A DNA stretch of 20,534 nt from Nostoc sp. 'Peltigera membranacea cyanobiont' 232 (GTDB taxonomy: Bacteria > Cyanobacteriota > Cyanobacteriia > Cyanobacteriales > Nostocaceae), in the NCBI RefSeq assembly GCF_002245985.1, contig NZ_NOLK01000147.1, forward strand, positions 1 through 20,534. The letters run 5' to 3'. Of the stretch, positions 9,582 to 17,147 are shown one piece after another (positions within the stretch are counted from its first letter, which is position 1; each line of letters begins with the position of its first letter). The notes under the pieces were generated by a model. It had not been told where the DNA came from, did no database searches, and saw nothing but the letters and a program-made list of their open reading frames with translations. Made by a program: the position numbers and the translations under genes.

Positions 9582-9887
9582 TTGGCAGCAGCTCGTAATA
9601 TTTGTGAGATCCGCCAGTCACACGCCAAACAAAAGGCGCGTTTTTTAGCATCTTTGAAGAAACTACAAGAGCAATATCAAAATTATACAAATCATGGATT
9701 TGACAAACAGTTACCCACAGCTATTGCAGATTCATGGACAATTGTCAAAAGTTGCATTGATTTCAAAGAGGGATTTACCTCTCCCCATAATGTAGCTGTG
9801 TTGTCAGTACCAGAGGATGTTCGTAGCGGTTGTTACTCGTTAGGTGCTTCTTTGGTAGAATCCGCCCTGTTTAATCAAACGCAGTGA
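9582..9887 (+). CDS. Hypothetical protein (101 aa, TTG start)
   Basis: An ORF with AGGAG 9 nt upstream of the TTG. The composition is non-repetitive. No family was recognised. Confidence 0.3.
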   Translation: MAAARNICEIRQSHAKQKARFLASLKKLQEQYQNYTNHGFDKQLPTAIADSWTIVKSCIDFKEGFTSPHNVAVLSVPEDVRSGCYSLGASLVESALFNQTQ

Positions 9888-9995
9888 GTAGACGAACGCA
9901 AGCCACACTCGGAATTTTGACAATCCTAATGCACCCGTGCTGTGTAGTCGAGGTCAAACTCATATCCGCGTAAAACAATTGGAGTTTGGGAGAAA

Positions 9996-10760
9996 ATGAT
10001 TTATAAAACAACCATCGATCCTTTAAAGACTATGCCAGACTTCAGTAATGAACCGATACCTGAATTAAAAAATCCGAAAGAAATCTTTCATTCTGGTGAC
10101 TTGACCTTGAGAATTGAAGGAGAAGTAGTACCTGTAGTAGATGTCCATCTAGGGCAACAGCAATCGATTTACTTTGAGCATCATATTTTACTGTGGAAAC
10201 ATCCGAATGTTCGCCTTGGTGTCAAAGGTTTAAAAGGGGCAGCCAAGCGTTTCTTTGCCGGACTGCAAATTTTTATCAGTGAAGCACATGGGCCAGGGAA
10301 TATTGCTTTCTCTCGTGAGGCACCTGGACAGATTGTGGTGCTGCAATTAGAGCGTGGACAGACAGTGGACGTGCGCGAACATCAGTTTTTACTCGCTACC
10401 AGTAATATTGAGTACAGTTTCTTTTTCCAGCGAGGGCTGGCAAACCTCTTTTTTAGCCGTAGTGGTGGTTTATTTATTGACCGCTTCATTGGTCAACAAC
10501 AGGGAGGGCTGCTTTTAATCCACGGTTACGGTAATGTCTTTGAAAAGTACCTTGCTCCTGGGGAAGTACTCGATGTTGAGCCAGGAGCATGGTTGTGGAA
10601 AGACTCATCAGTGAAGATGGAGACAGTAACGGCGCTGCAATCTAGTGGCGGTATCTTGGGCGCAATTGGAGTAATGCTTGGCGGTATTTCATTCACTCTT
10701 AACCGTTTTATTGGCCCTGGTCGAATGGCACTAAGAAAAGCTGAAACACTTGTGGTTTAA
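9996..10760 (+). CDS. AIM24 / TIGR00266 (DUF124) family protein (254 aa)
   Basis: It has the repeated beta-rich signature of this family: GPGNIAFSREAPGQIVVLQLERGQTVDV, LAPGEVLDVEPGAWLWKDSSVKME and NRFIGPGRMAL. Confidence 0.75.
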   Translation: MIYKTTIDPLKTMPDFSNEPIPELKNPKEIFHSGDLTLRIEGEVVPVVDVHLGQQQSIYFEHHILLWKHPNVRLGVKGLKGAAKRFFAGLQIFISEAHGPGNIAFSREAPGQIVVLQLERGQTVDVREHQFLLATSNIEYSFFFQRGLANLFFSRSGGLFIDRFIGQQQGGLLLIHGYGNVFEKYLAPGEVLDVEPGAWLWKDSSVKMETVTALQSSGGILGAIGVMLGGISFTLNRFIGPGRMALRKAETLVV

Positions 10761-10985
10761 GCAGTTTGCAATTACTTGCGTAATTCATGCCGGGGTTTTG
10801 TCATCAAGGGGTAAACTTTTGGGCGGCGTTTGCGAACTCGTGGTTCACTTCTGCCAGGGCGATCGCTTCCATGACACTGCATCAAGGACGACCGCCTGAT
10901 TCCTCCTCCACTGTTCAATAGCTTTTAAAGCTGTAGCCCTTATTCCGTATAGCTTAGAGCTTTTCTTAGTGCCATTCGCATATAG

Positions 10986-11016
10986 TCCCTGCCTCAAGTG
11001 TGGGGATTTTACTTTG
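10986..11016 (+). repeat. Hairpin plus U-tract element, copy 2 of the dispersed repeat seen at 3392..3421
   Basis: TCCCTGC-ctcaagt-GTGGGGA followed by ttttactttg. It has the same loop as copy 1. The two stem substitutions both give G.U pairs on the plus strand. Confidence 0.5.
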
Positions 11017-11120
11017 TGGGTGCGTAGGCGATCGCTCATCAAGTGTGCAATTTTTCCTCTAAGAATTTTACGGGGGCGATCGCCCTTAAGACAACTTGTA
11101 AACGTTGCCGCAAATAATAT

Positions 11121-11160
11121 TAGCGCCTACCTAAATATAGGTAAGCGCTATTGTTTTATT
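11121..11160. terminator. Probable bidirectional intrinsic terminator between the convergent AIM24 and GlsB-family genes
   Basis: TAGCGCCTACCTA-aata-TAGGTAAGCGCTA forms a 13-bp stem with one mismatch. It is followed by ttgttttatttc on the plus strand and by a moderately T-rich tract on the minus strand. Confidence 0.55.
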
Positions 11161-11231
11161 TCAATTCAGGGACAAAATATAGTGAAATGAGTTAAGAGAT
11201 TTTTACGATTAATTAATTCCAATTTAATTTC

Positions 11232-11504
11232 TTAGATTGCACTGCGACGATTTAGCAAGTTCCACAAGAAAACAGCGACAATTGCGCCAAGAACCGCTAC
11301 TGCAATACCGGGAATGCTCAAAGTGGGGGCGGCTAACGTCAAGGTTCCTGTACTGAAGAATACACCGAGACTACCACCAACAAAAGCACCGATAATTCCT
11401 AATAAGATTGTTGCTAAGATTCCGCCGCCTTGATGACCGGGGTAGATAGCCTTAGCGATCGCACCAGCAATTAGACCTAAAACAATCCAAGCAAGAATAT
11501 TCAT
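11232..11504 (-). CDS. GlsB/YeaQ/YmgE family stress-response membrane protein (transglycosylase-associated, 90 aa)
   Basis: MNILAWIVLGLIAGAIAKAIYPG...GGILATILLGIIGAFVGGSLG is the characteristic glycine-rich three-TM pattern of this family. Confidence 0.85.
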   Translation of the reverse strand: MNILAWIVLGLIAGAIAKAIYPGHQGGGILATILLGIIGAFVGGSLGVFFSTGTLTLAAPTLSIPGIAVAVLGAIVAVFLWNLLNRRSAI

Positions 11505-11630
11505 TGTTTTAATTCGATAGACGTTTTTGACTTACAAATACACAATAGCAATCCCAACATTGACATTCAATCTACCAACAGAATCAATTATTAATAGCCT
11601 TGAGGATGAATGCTGTTACTTCTCGTGATA

Positions 11631-11830
11631 TACCCCATAACTGAAATGGATAACAAATAAAAAAAACTCCTAATTGGTCTAAAACTAGGAGCTTCGTTTA
11701 TTCATTGCTTGATAATTGCAGTATATGCATTTTTAATGATTTCTCTCATCTACTTAAGGAATTAAGCTAAGGTTTGAAAGCAGATACTCTTGTGCGATGG
11801 CGTACCCGCTCTTTTCGGTGGCGATCGCAC
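11631..11830. repeat. Copy B of the 200-bp direct repeat (see 1..200)
   Basis: 199/200 identity with 1..200, ending two bases after HIP1 at 11821..11828. Confidence 0.95.
11659..11691 (-). terminator. Minus-strand intrinsic terminator inside repeat copy B (same hairpin as 29..61)
   Basis: The sequence is identical to 29..61. It lies ~250 nt downstream of the relic ORF 11940..12092. Confidence 0.55.
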
Positions 11831-11939
11831 CTCTACCTCGTTTAATTTTTCCTCTCTACGAGACGCAATCATGCGATCGCTTGTATTTGCTGGGGAGCGA
11901 TGCCTGCGGCGGTAAACTACGCTAACTGTAGTTTCTTTC

Positions 11940-12092
11940 TCAGTCAACATTCTGCTTAAACTCCATTTGGGCGAAGTGGTCTTGCAGTAGTTTGTGGATG
12001 AAGCGGTAGCGACCACCAACACGCTGAAAAATTAGGCGAACGGTGCAGTAATTGAGGAAACGGGCGTAGTTCCAGGGATGTAGCCTGCCCAT
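11940..12092 (-). pseudogene. Relic C-terminal fragment (50 codons) resembling the winged-helix tail of cyanobacterial STAND/NACHT-type NTPases
   Basis: My own translation gives MGRLHPWNYARFLNYCTVRLIFQRVGGRYRFIHKLLQDHFAQMEFKQNVD*. F-x-H-x-x-x-Q-[DE]-[HY]-F-A resembles the NACHT winged-helix motif. The frame is closed by a TGA one codon upstream of the ATG, so this is a stub. It was not in the supplied ORF track (<60 aa). Confidence 0.4.
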
Positions 12093-12312
12093 TTTTCAAG
12101 CGAGGAAACTTGAGGATCGCTCTTCTAGCCCCGGAACGGTTACGAAAGATTAGGACTTTGAGCCATCTGTTACACGAAATAGCCCAATCGTGTAACTAGT
12201 ACGACCCTGTTTGTAGCTTGAACACTCGTATTATAAATAAGCCTAAAAATCTGAAAAGTTGTACAGTAAGCTTGTATATATCACTATTAATACTAAATTT
12301 AAGTGCAAGCTG

Positions 12313-12771
12313 ATGGTAGAACCTCTAACGGCAGCAGTGATTGTATCCTTGTTTTTCTCTGAAGCAGTCAAGGAAGGAGGAAAAACGTTAGGTAAAGGTG
12401 TGACCGATACATTTACTCAATTGGTAAACACCATCCGTGAAAAATTTAAAGCAGAGGGAACAGAAGGGCTGCTGACTCGCGCACAAAATCAACCTACAGA
12501 AGTGAATAAGACAAAGCTACAAGATGAACTGCAAACCCAAATCGATGCTGATGAAGCGTTTGCTCAGAAACTGAAGGAATTAGTCGTGAAGCTACAAGCA
12601 CAAGATGAAAGAATACGTCAGGTAGTTCTGAGTGAGATTGAAGTAAGTGGCGATTTAAAAGCACAAGATATCAGCCAAAAAGCCACGCGCGATGGTTCAG
12701 TTGAGCAAGAAATGCTAAAAGGGATCAAAGCTACAAACATTGATTTGGGCAATTTAAACCAAGAAGCTTAA
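12313..12771 (+). CDS. Small all-helical protein (~153 aa from ATG 12313; the ORF track starts at TTG 12259) with a hydrophobic N-terminal helix and a C-terminal motif shared with the downstream NTPase. Candidate executioner/effector partner (Bell/HeLo-like by architecture only).
   Basis: MVEPLTAAVIVSLFFSEAV is followed by a charged coiled-coil-like body. The tail reads RQVVLSEIEVSGDLKAQDISQ...TNIDLGNLNQEA. The stop at 12769..12771 is 4 nt before the ATG of the next gene. Confidence 0.6.
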   Translation: MVEPLTAAVIVSLFFSEAVKEGGKTLGKGVTDTFTQLVNTIREKFKAEGTEGLLTRAQNQPTEVNKTKLQDELQTQIDADEAFAQKLKELVVKLQAQDERIRQVVLSEIEVSGDLKAQDISQKATRDGSVEQEMLKGIKATNIDLGNLNQEA

Positions 12772-12775
12772 AAGC

Positions 12776-15700
12776 ATGACTAACCATCCAGATTTTCAAG
12801 TTGTACAAAGAATTTTGGAGAATGTTTGGGCTGGTCGTGACATCACAATAGGAGATATTCATCAGATTTATCAAATTGTTATCAATTTGAATAATATTCC
12901 TAAACCAACAGGTTTTCCGCAAAATATTCCTGACAGTAGCACAGATAAGTTTGTCGGACGTGCGCGGCAATTAGAACGCCTCCACCACCAGTTACAACGC
13001 AATCATGAAGTAGTAATTGCTGCTGTTGAAGGTATGGGGGGAGTTGGTAAAACAGAATTAGCAATCCAGTATTCACTGTTACATTTGCAGTCGCATAATT
13101 ACCCTGGTGGGATCTGCTGGCTACGAGCAAGAGAAGAAGACATTGGATTGCAAATCGTACAATTTGCAAGAACAGATTTAGGTTTGCAACCCCCAGATGA
13201 TCTGGAATTACTAGAACGAGTTCGTTGGTGCTGGAAGCATTGGCATCAGGAAAATACTCTTCTAGTTCTGGATGATGTAAAGAATTACAGCGATATAAAA
13301 CCCTACCTACCACCACAACCATCTCAATTTAAAGTCCTAATTACAACCAGATTAAAACTAGATTTAGCTGATTCTCTGTTTTTGTCAGTTTTGCAAGAGT
13401 CAGATGCACTATTATTACTAGCTCAATTGATTGGAGAAGAAAAGAAAAACCAAGAATTGGAAAAAGCTCAAGAACTTTGTCAACGTTTAGGATACTTGCC
13501 CCTAGCATTGCAACTAGTTGGGCGATATGTCAAAAAGCGCCGGATATCTTTAACAGAATTACTACGACGTTTAGAGTCAAAAGGGCTGGGTCATCCTTCT
13601 TTAATAGTGAATGAAAATGACCCCACTTGGACTTTAAATATCAAACGAGGAGTAGCGGCTGCTTTTGAGTTGAGTTGGTCAGAATTAAGTGACGATGCTC
13701 AACAGTTAGGTTGTTTACTAAGTTTATTTGCTTTGGCTTCGATTCCTTGGTCACTGGTGGAACGTGCTGCTGTTGAGCAAGACTTTGAAAAATTAGAAGA
13801 TACCAGAGTTGAACTAGAAAACTTGCACTTGTTACAGGGTGAAGAAATTTATCAATTACATCAGCTAATTCGTGAATTTCTGAGAGACAAGCAAAACGAC
13901 TTAGCTACTACGTCTGAGCAGAAGTATAATTTCTGTCAAGTAATGATAGAACTGGCACAGGAAATTCCTGATTCGCCAACTCAAGAATTTATTAGTTCAG
14001 TCAAAGACGCTATTCCTCATTTGGCAGAGGTAGCACAAAATCTGATTGATGCAGTCAATGGTGAAAATTTAATTTGGCCCTTTGTTGGCTTAGATAGATT
14101 TTATTCGGGACAGGGTTTATATGCGCTTGCATTACCTTGGTTAGAGCAATGTTTATCAGTTGCTAGAGAACGCTTAGGAGAAGAGCATCCCGATGTTGCC
14201 CAAAGTTACAACAATCTGGCAGAACTCTACCGTAACCAAGGACGGTACACCGAAGCCGAACCACTGTATCAAAAAGCTTTAGAACTAAGGCAACGGCTGC
14301 TGGGAGAAAACCATCCGCTTGTCGCCGAAAGCTACAACAATCTGGCAGTACTCTACGATTCCCAAGGAAAATACACCGAAGCCGAACCACTGTATCAAAA
14401 AGCTTTAGAACTTTGGCAACGGCTACTGGGAGAAGACCATCCGCTTGTCGCCACCAGTTACAACAATCTGGCAGTACTCTACTGTAACCAAGGACGGTAC
14501 ACCGAAGCAGAACCTCTGTGTAAAAAAGCTTTGGAACTAAGGCAACGACTGCTAGGAAAAGACAATCTGGATGTCGCCTACAGTTATAACAATCTGGCTT
14601 TTCTCTACTTTTTCCAAGGACGGTACACAGAGGCGGAACCTCTGTTTCAAAAAGCTTTAGAACTTTGGCAATCGCTGCTAGGAGAAGACCATCCGAATGT
14701 CGCCACCAGTTACGACAATCTGGCAGTACTCTACCGTAACCAAGGACGGTACACCGAAGCCGAACCACTGTATCAAAAAGCTTTGGAAATAAGGCAACGG
14801 CTTCTGGGAGAAGAACATCTCAATATCGCCCAAAGTTACGACAATCTAGCAGTACTCTACCAAAACCAAGGACGGTACACCGAAGCCGAATCTCTGCATC
14901 AAAAAGCTTTGGAACTAAGGCAACGGTTTCTGGGAAAAAACCATCCGCTTGTCGCCACCAGTTACAACAATCTAGCTTTTTTCTACGAATCCCAAGGACG
15001 GTACACAGAAGCGGAACTTCTGTATCAAAAAGCATTAGAACTCAGGCAAGGGCTTCTGGGAGAAGAACATCCCGATGTCGCCAGCAGTTACAATAATCTG
15101 GCATCACTCTACCGTAACCAAGGACGGTACACTGAAGCCGAATCTCTGTGTAAAAAAACATTAGAACTAAGGCAAGGGTTTCTGGGAGAAGACCATCCGC
15201 ATGTCGCCCAAAGTTACGACAATCTGGCAGTACTCTACTGTAACCAAGGACGGTACACCGAAGCCGAACCTCTGCATCAAAAAGCATTAGAACTAAGGCA
15301 AGGGTTTCTGGGAGAAGAACATCCCGATGTCGCCAGCAGTTACAACAATCTGGCATCACTCTACCATAACCAAGGACGGTACACGGAAGCCGAACCTTTG
15401 TTTCAAAAAGCTTTGGAACTAAGGCAACGGCTGCTGAGAGAAGACCATCCGCTTGTCGCCACCAGTTACAACAATCTGGCAGTACTCTACCGTAACCAAG
15501 GACGGTATACGGAAGCCGAACCTCTGCATCAAAAAGCTTTGGAACTAAGGCAACGGCTTCTGGGAGAAGAACATCCCGATGTCGCCGACTGTTACAACAA
15601 TCTGGCAGAACTCTACCGTAACCAAGGACGGTACACGGAAGCAGAACCTCTGCATCAAAAAGCTTTAGAACTAAGGCAACGGCTGCTGGGAGAAGAACAT

Positions 15701-15883
15701 CCCGATGTCGCCACCAGTTACAACAACCTGGCTTTACTCTATCGTTCCCAAGGACGGTACAGCGAAGCGGAACCACTGTATCAAAAAGCTTTGGCAATTA
15801 CTGAACTTAGGTTGGGGGTAGATCATCCCAGTACAGCCACTATCTGTGAAAATCTGAAATCCTTGCGCGATAATTATGCTTAA
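12776..15883 (+). CDS. STAND NTPase: short N-terminal motif region + NB-ARC domain + 13-14 TPR repeats (1035 aa)
   Basis: The P-loop is GMGGVGKTELA (13031..13054) and Walker B is LLVLDDV. Thirteen near-identical 42-aa TPR units follow (…HPxVAxSYNNLAxLYxxQGRYTEAEPLxQKALELRQRLLGE…). The ORF is uninterrupted over 3.1 kb. Confidence 0.9.
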   Translation: MTNHPDFQVVQRILENVWAGRDITIGDIHQIYQIVINLNNIPKPTGFPQNIPDSSTDKFVGRARQLERLHHQLQRNHEVVIAAVEGMGGVGKTELAIQYSLLHLQSHNYPGGICWLRAREEDIGLQIVQFARTDLGLQPPDDLELLERVRWCWKHWHQENTLLVLDDVKNYSDIKPYLPPQPSQFKVLITTRLKLDLADSLFLSVLQESDALLLLAQLIGEEKKNQELEKAQELCQRLGYLPLALQLVGRYVKKRRISLTELLRRLESKGLGHPSLIVNENDPTWTLNIKRGVAAAFELSWSELSDDAQQLGCLLSLFALASIPWSLVERAAVEQDFEKLEDTRVELENLHLLQGEEIYQLHQLIREFLRDKQNDLATTSEQKYNFCQVMIELAQEIPDSPTQEFISSVKDAIPHLAEVAQNLIDAVNGENLIWPFVGLDRFYSGQGLYALALPWLEQCLSVARERLGEEHPDVAQSYNNLAELYRNQGRYTEAEPLYQKALELRQRLLGENHPLVAESYNNLAVLYDSQGKYTEAEPLYQKALELWQRLLGEDHPLVATSYNNLAVLYCNQGRYTEAEPLCKKALELRQRLLGKDNLDVAYSYNNLAFLYFFQGRYTEAEPLFQKALELWQSLLGEDHPNVATSYDNLAVLYRNQGRYTEAEPLYQKALEIRQRLLGEEHLNIAQSYDNLAVLYQNQGRYTEAESLHQKALELRQRFLGKNHPLVATSYNNLAFFYESQGRYTEAELLYQKALELRQGLLGEEHPDVASSYNNLASLYRNQGRYTEAESLCKKTLELRQGFLGEDHPHVAQSYDNLAVLYCNQGRYTEAEPLHQKALELRQGFLGEEHPDVASSYNNLASLYHNQGRYTEAEPLFQKALELRQRLLREDHPLVATSYNNLAVLYRNQGRYTEAEPLHQKALELRQRLLGEEHPDVADCYNNLAELYRNQGRYTEAEPLHQKALELRQRLLGEEHPDVATSYNNLALLYRSQGRYSEAEPLYQKALAITELRLGVDHPSTATICENLKSLRDNYA
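14160..15830 (+). repeat. Tandem 126-bp coding repeats (TPR units) with very high unit-to-unit nucleotide identity
   Basis: Strings such as ccaaggacggtacaccgaagccgaacc...tatcaaaaagctttagaactaaggcaacggctgctgggagaaga recur every 126 bp. Confidence 0.9.
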
Positions 15884-15936
15884 CACCAGTCTAGTTAAAA
15901 ATTATAAACAAGCTAGTAGTGCAGCGTTACACTTTT

Positions 15937-16003
15937 GAGCCATTACGTGTAATTACTGCCTATATATATTGATCTGGCGTGATCGCTTTTTGGCATTCAG
16001 CCG
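15937..16003. repeat. Left copy of a ~67-bp imperfect direct repeat flanking the GC-rich cassette
   Basis: gagccattacgtgtaattactgcctatatatattga is identical to 16780..16815. The remainder (…cgtgatcgctttttggcattcagccg) is similar to …cgcgatcgcttttttggcattgagccg. Confidence 0.85.
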
Positions 16004-16107
16004 CAGATTAACCCAACAAGAGCGATCGCTGCTTGGGCGGAAAACATATTTATCAATTTATATAAACTAAACTGTTGAGTTTGCCCCTGGTTGCAGCTAC
16101 CTTCACA

Positions 16108-16518
16108 CTACCCCGGGTTGCCTTGCGTGTCGTTACATCCGCCACGGCCCCAACGAATCCCGCCGAATCCGCTGCCAGTGCCGTCGATCTTCTCCATAAA
16201 AGTTGTACCCGAGATCCGTAGCTTGAGCGTTCCATGTCCCCACGCTTGTCCGCGAACGTCGGCCCACTCCCCATCAATGATATTGCCGTTTCGCGTACCT
16301 TTGAACGCATTCGTCCAGGAACGACCGTCGTCACCGCTCATTCCGACCCACCAAATGGTACTGCCGATGGCATGAAGGTGGTATGTGCCCCCATCATTCG
16401 CCTTCCAAACTCCGCTAACATACTTCGGCGCGGCACATTGCGCGTGTATGGGCGCTGCGGACGCAGCAAGCAGCACAAGACCTGCCAATGCGATACTTGT
16501 TGGAACAAAGTTTTTCAT
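16108..16518 (-). CDS. Secreted hypothetical protein (136 aa from ATG 16518) carried on a GC-rich foreign segment
   Basis: The SD GGGAGG (16524..16529) lies 5 nt before the ATG at 16518. The signal peptide is MKNFVPTSIALAGLVLLAASAAPIHA|Q. The mature part is Gly/Trp-rich. Local GC is ~55-62% against 28-40% in the flanks. The overlapping ORFs in other frames are GC artefacts. Confidence 0.65.
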   Translation of the reverse strand: MKNFVPTSIALAGLVLLAASAAPIHAQCAAPKYVSGVWKANDGGTYHLHAIGSTIWWVGMSGDDGRSWTNAFKGTRNGNIIDGEWADVRGQAWGHGTLKLRISGTTFMEKIDGTGSGFGGIRWGRGGCNDTQGNPG

Positions 16519-16779
16519 CCGAACCTCCCTGCTGAAATGCACATGTTACGAAGCTCCCTTCCATTGAAGAGAGCGAAAGAATCGCGTTTTAACAACAAAG
16601 TACGTTCGAGTACCGCTTATACTTGAACCATACGCCGCCATCTCTCAGAATTGCTGCTCATATACTGCCTTTCCCCCGCCCAACTATTTATTATACAGAA
16701 AGTTTCCGTATAATCACCCTTTACGGTAGAATTATATAGAATTTTTCCGACATCAAAACTGCGAGCGCATTAAATGAAA

Positions 16780-16847
16780 GAGCCATTACGTGTAATTACT
16801 GCCTATATATATTGAGCTAACGCGATCGCTTTTTTGGCATTGAGCCG
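16780..16847. repeat. Right copy of the ~67-bp direct repeat flanking the GC-rich cassette
   Basis: See 15937..16003. Confidence 0.85.
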
Positions 16848-16935
16848 ACAACCGTGTAATTTGGGTTTCTTGAGAGAATGTACTCTACTAATAACAAACA
16901 AGCCTGCCTTGAGATCACAACAGACATGAGATAAG

Positions 16936-17147
16936 CTTGTAATTAATTTAGCTTTACATTACTGAGATACAAAGACCGTGTAAAAGTGGTCAATTGATAG
17001 CTATAAATGTATTTTTGTAATTAATTACATTTGTATTAATACTCTTTTGTGCATTTGTAAATTTGTAATTTAGGGATTAAGCTTGGTATTGTTACTTTCT
17101 GGAATTTGTCATCACCTAATGAATTACATTTTTACAAAAACACATTT
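16936..17147. promoter_or_regulatory. AT-rich iteron/operator region upstream of parA (candidate centromere-like site and par promoter)
   Basis: There is a perfect 14-bp palindrome TGTAATTAATTACA at 17016..17029. Related TTGTAA(A/T)TT and TTACATT units occur at ~16938, 16955, 17055, 17065 and 17122. Confidence 0.5.

Noticed and set aside
10845-12022. ORFs 10845..11042(-), 10969..11190(+) and 11762..12022(-)
   Set aside because: They span the hairpin repeat, HIP1 sites and the 200-bp direct repeat. The peptides are low-complexity Arg/Ser-rich. In 11940..12092 a different frame gives the only protein-like translation.
12259-12312. The TTG start at 12259 for the small effector-like ORF, and the TTG at 17106 for parA
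   Set aside because: The upstream extensions (MYSKLVYITINTKFKCKL, MSSPNELHFYKNTF) are AT-rich and not protein-like. The internal ATGs at 12313 and 17148 give N-termini typical of their respective protein types.
14163-15797. Long minus-strand ORFs (14163..14768, 14820..15035, 15042..15797) and 12900..13322, all antisense to the NB-ARC/TPR gene
   Set aside because: They are periodic translations of the reverse strand of the 126-bp TPR repeats (Cys/Arg/Leu-rich, repeating every 42 aa). They lie wholly inside a far better plus-strand gene with clear P-loop and TPR motifs.
16053-16626. Overlapping ORFs 16053..16334(-), 16091..16375(+), 16234..16626(+) and 16385..16567(+)
   Set aside because: GC-rich DNA keeps several frames open. 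Only the 16108..16518 minus frame has an SD, an ATG and a signal peptide. The others are Pro/Arg/Ala-rich with no start context.
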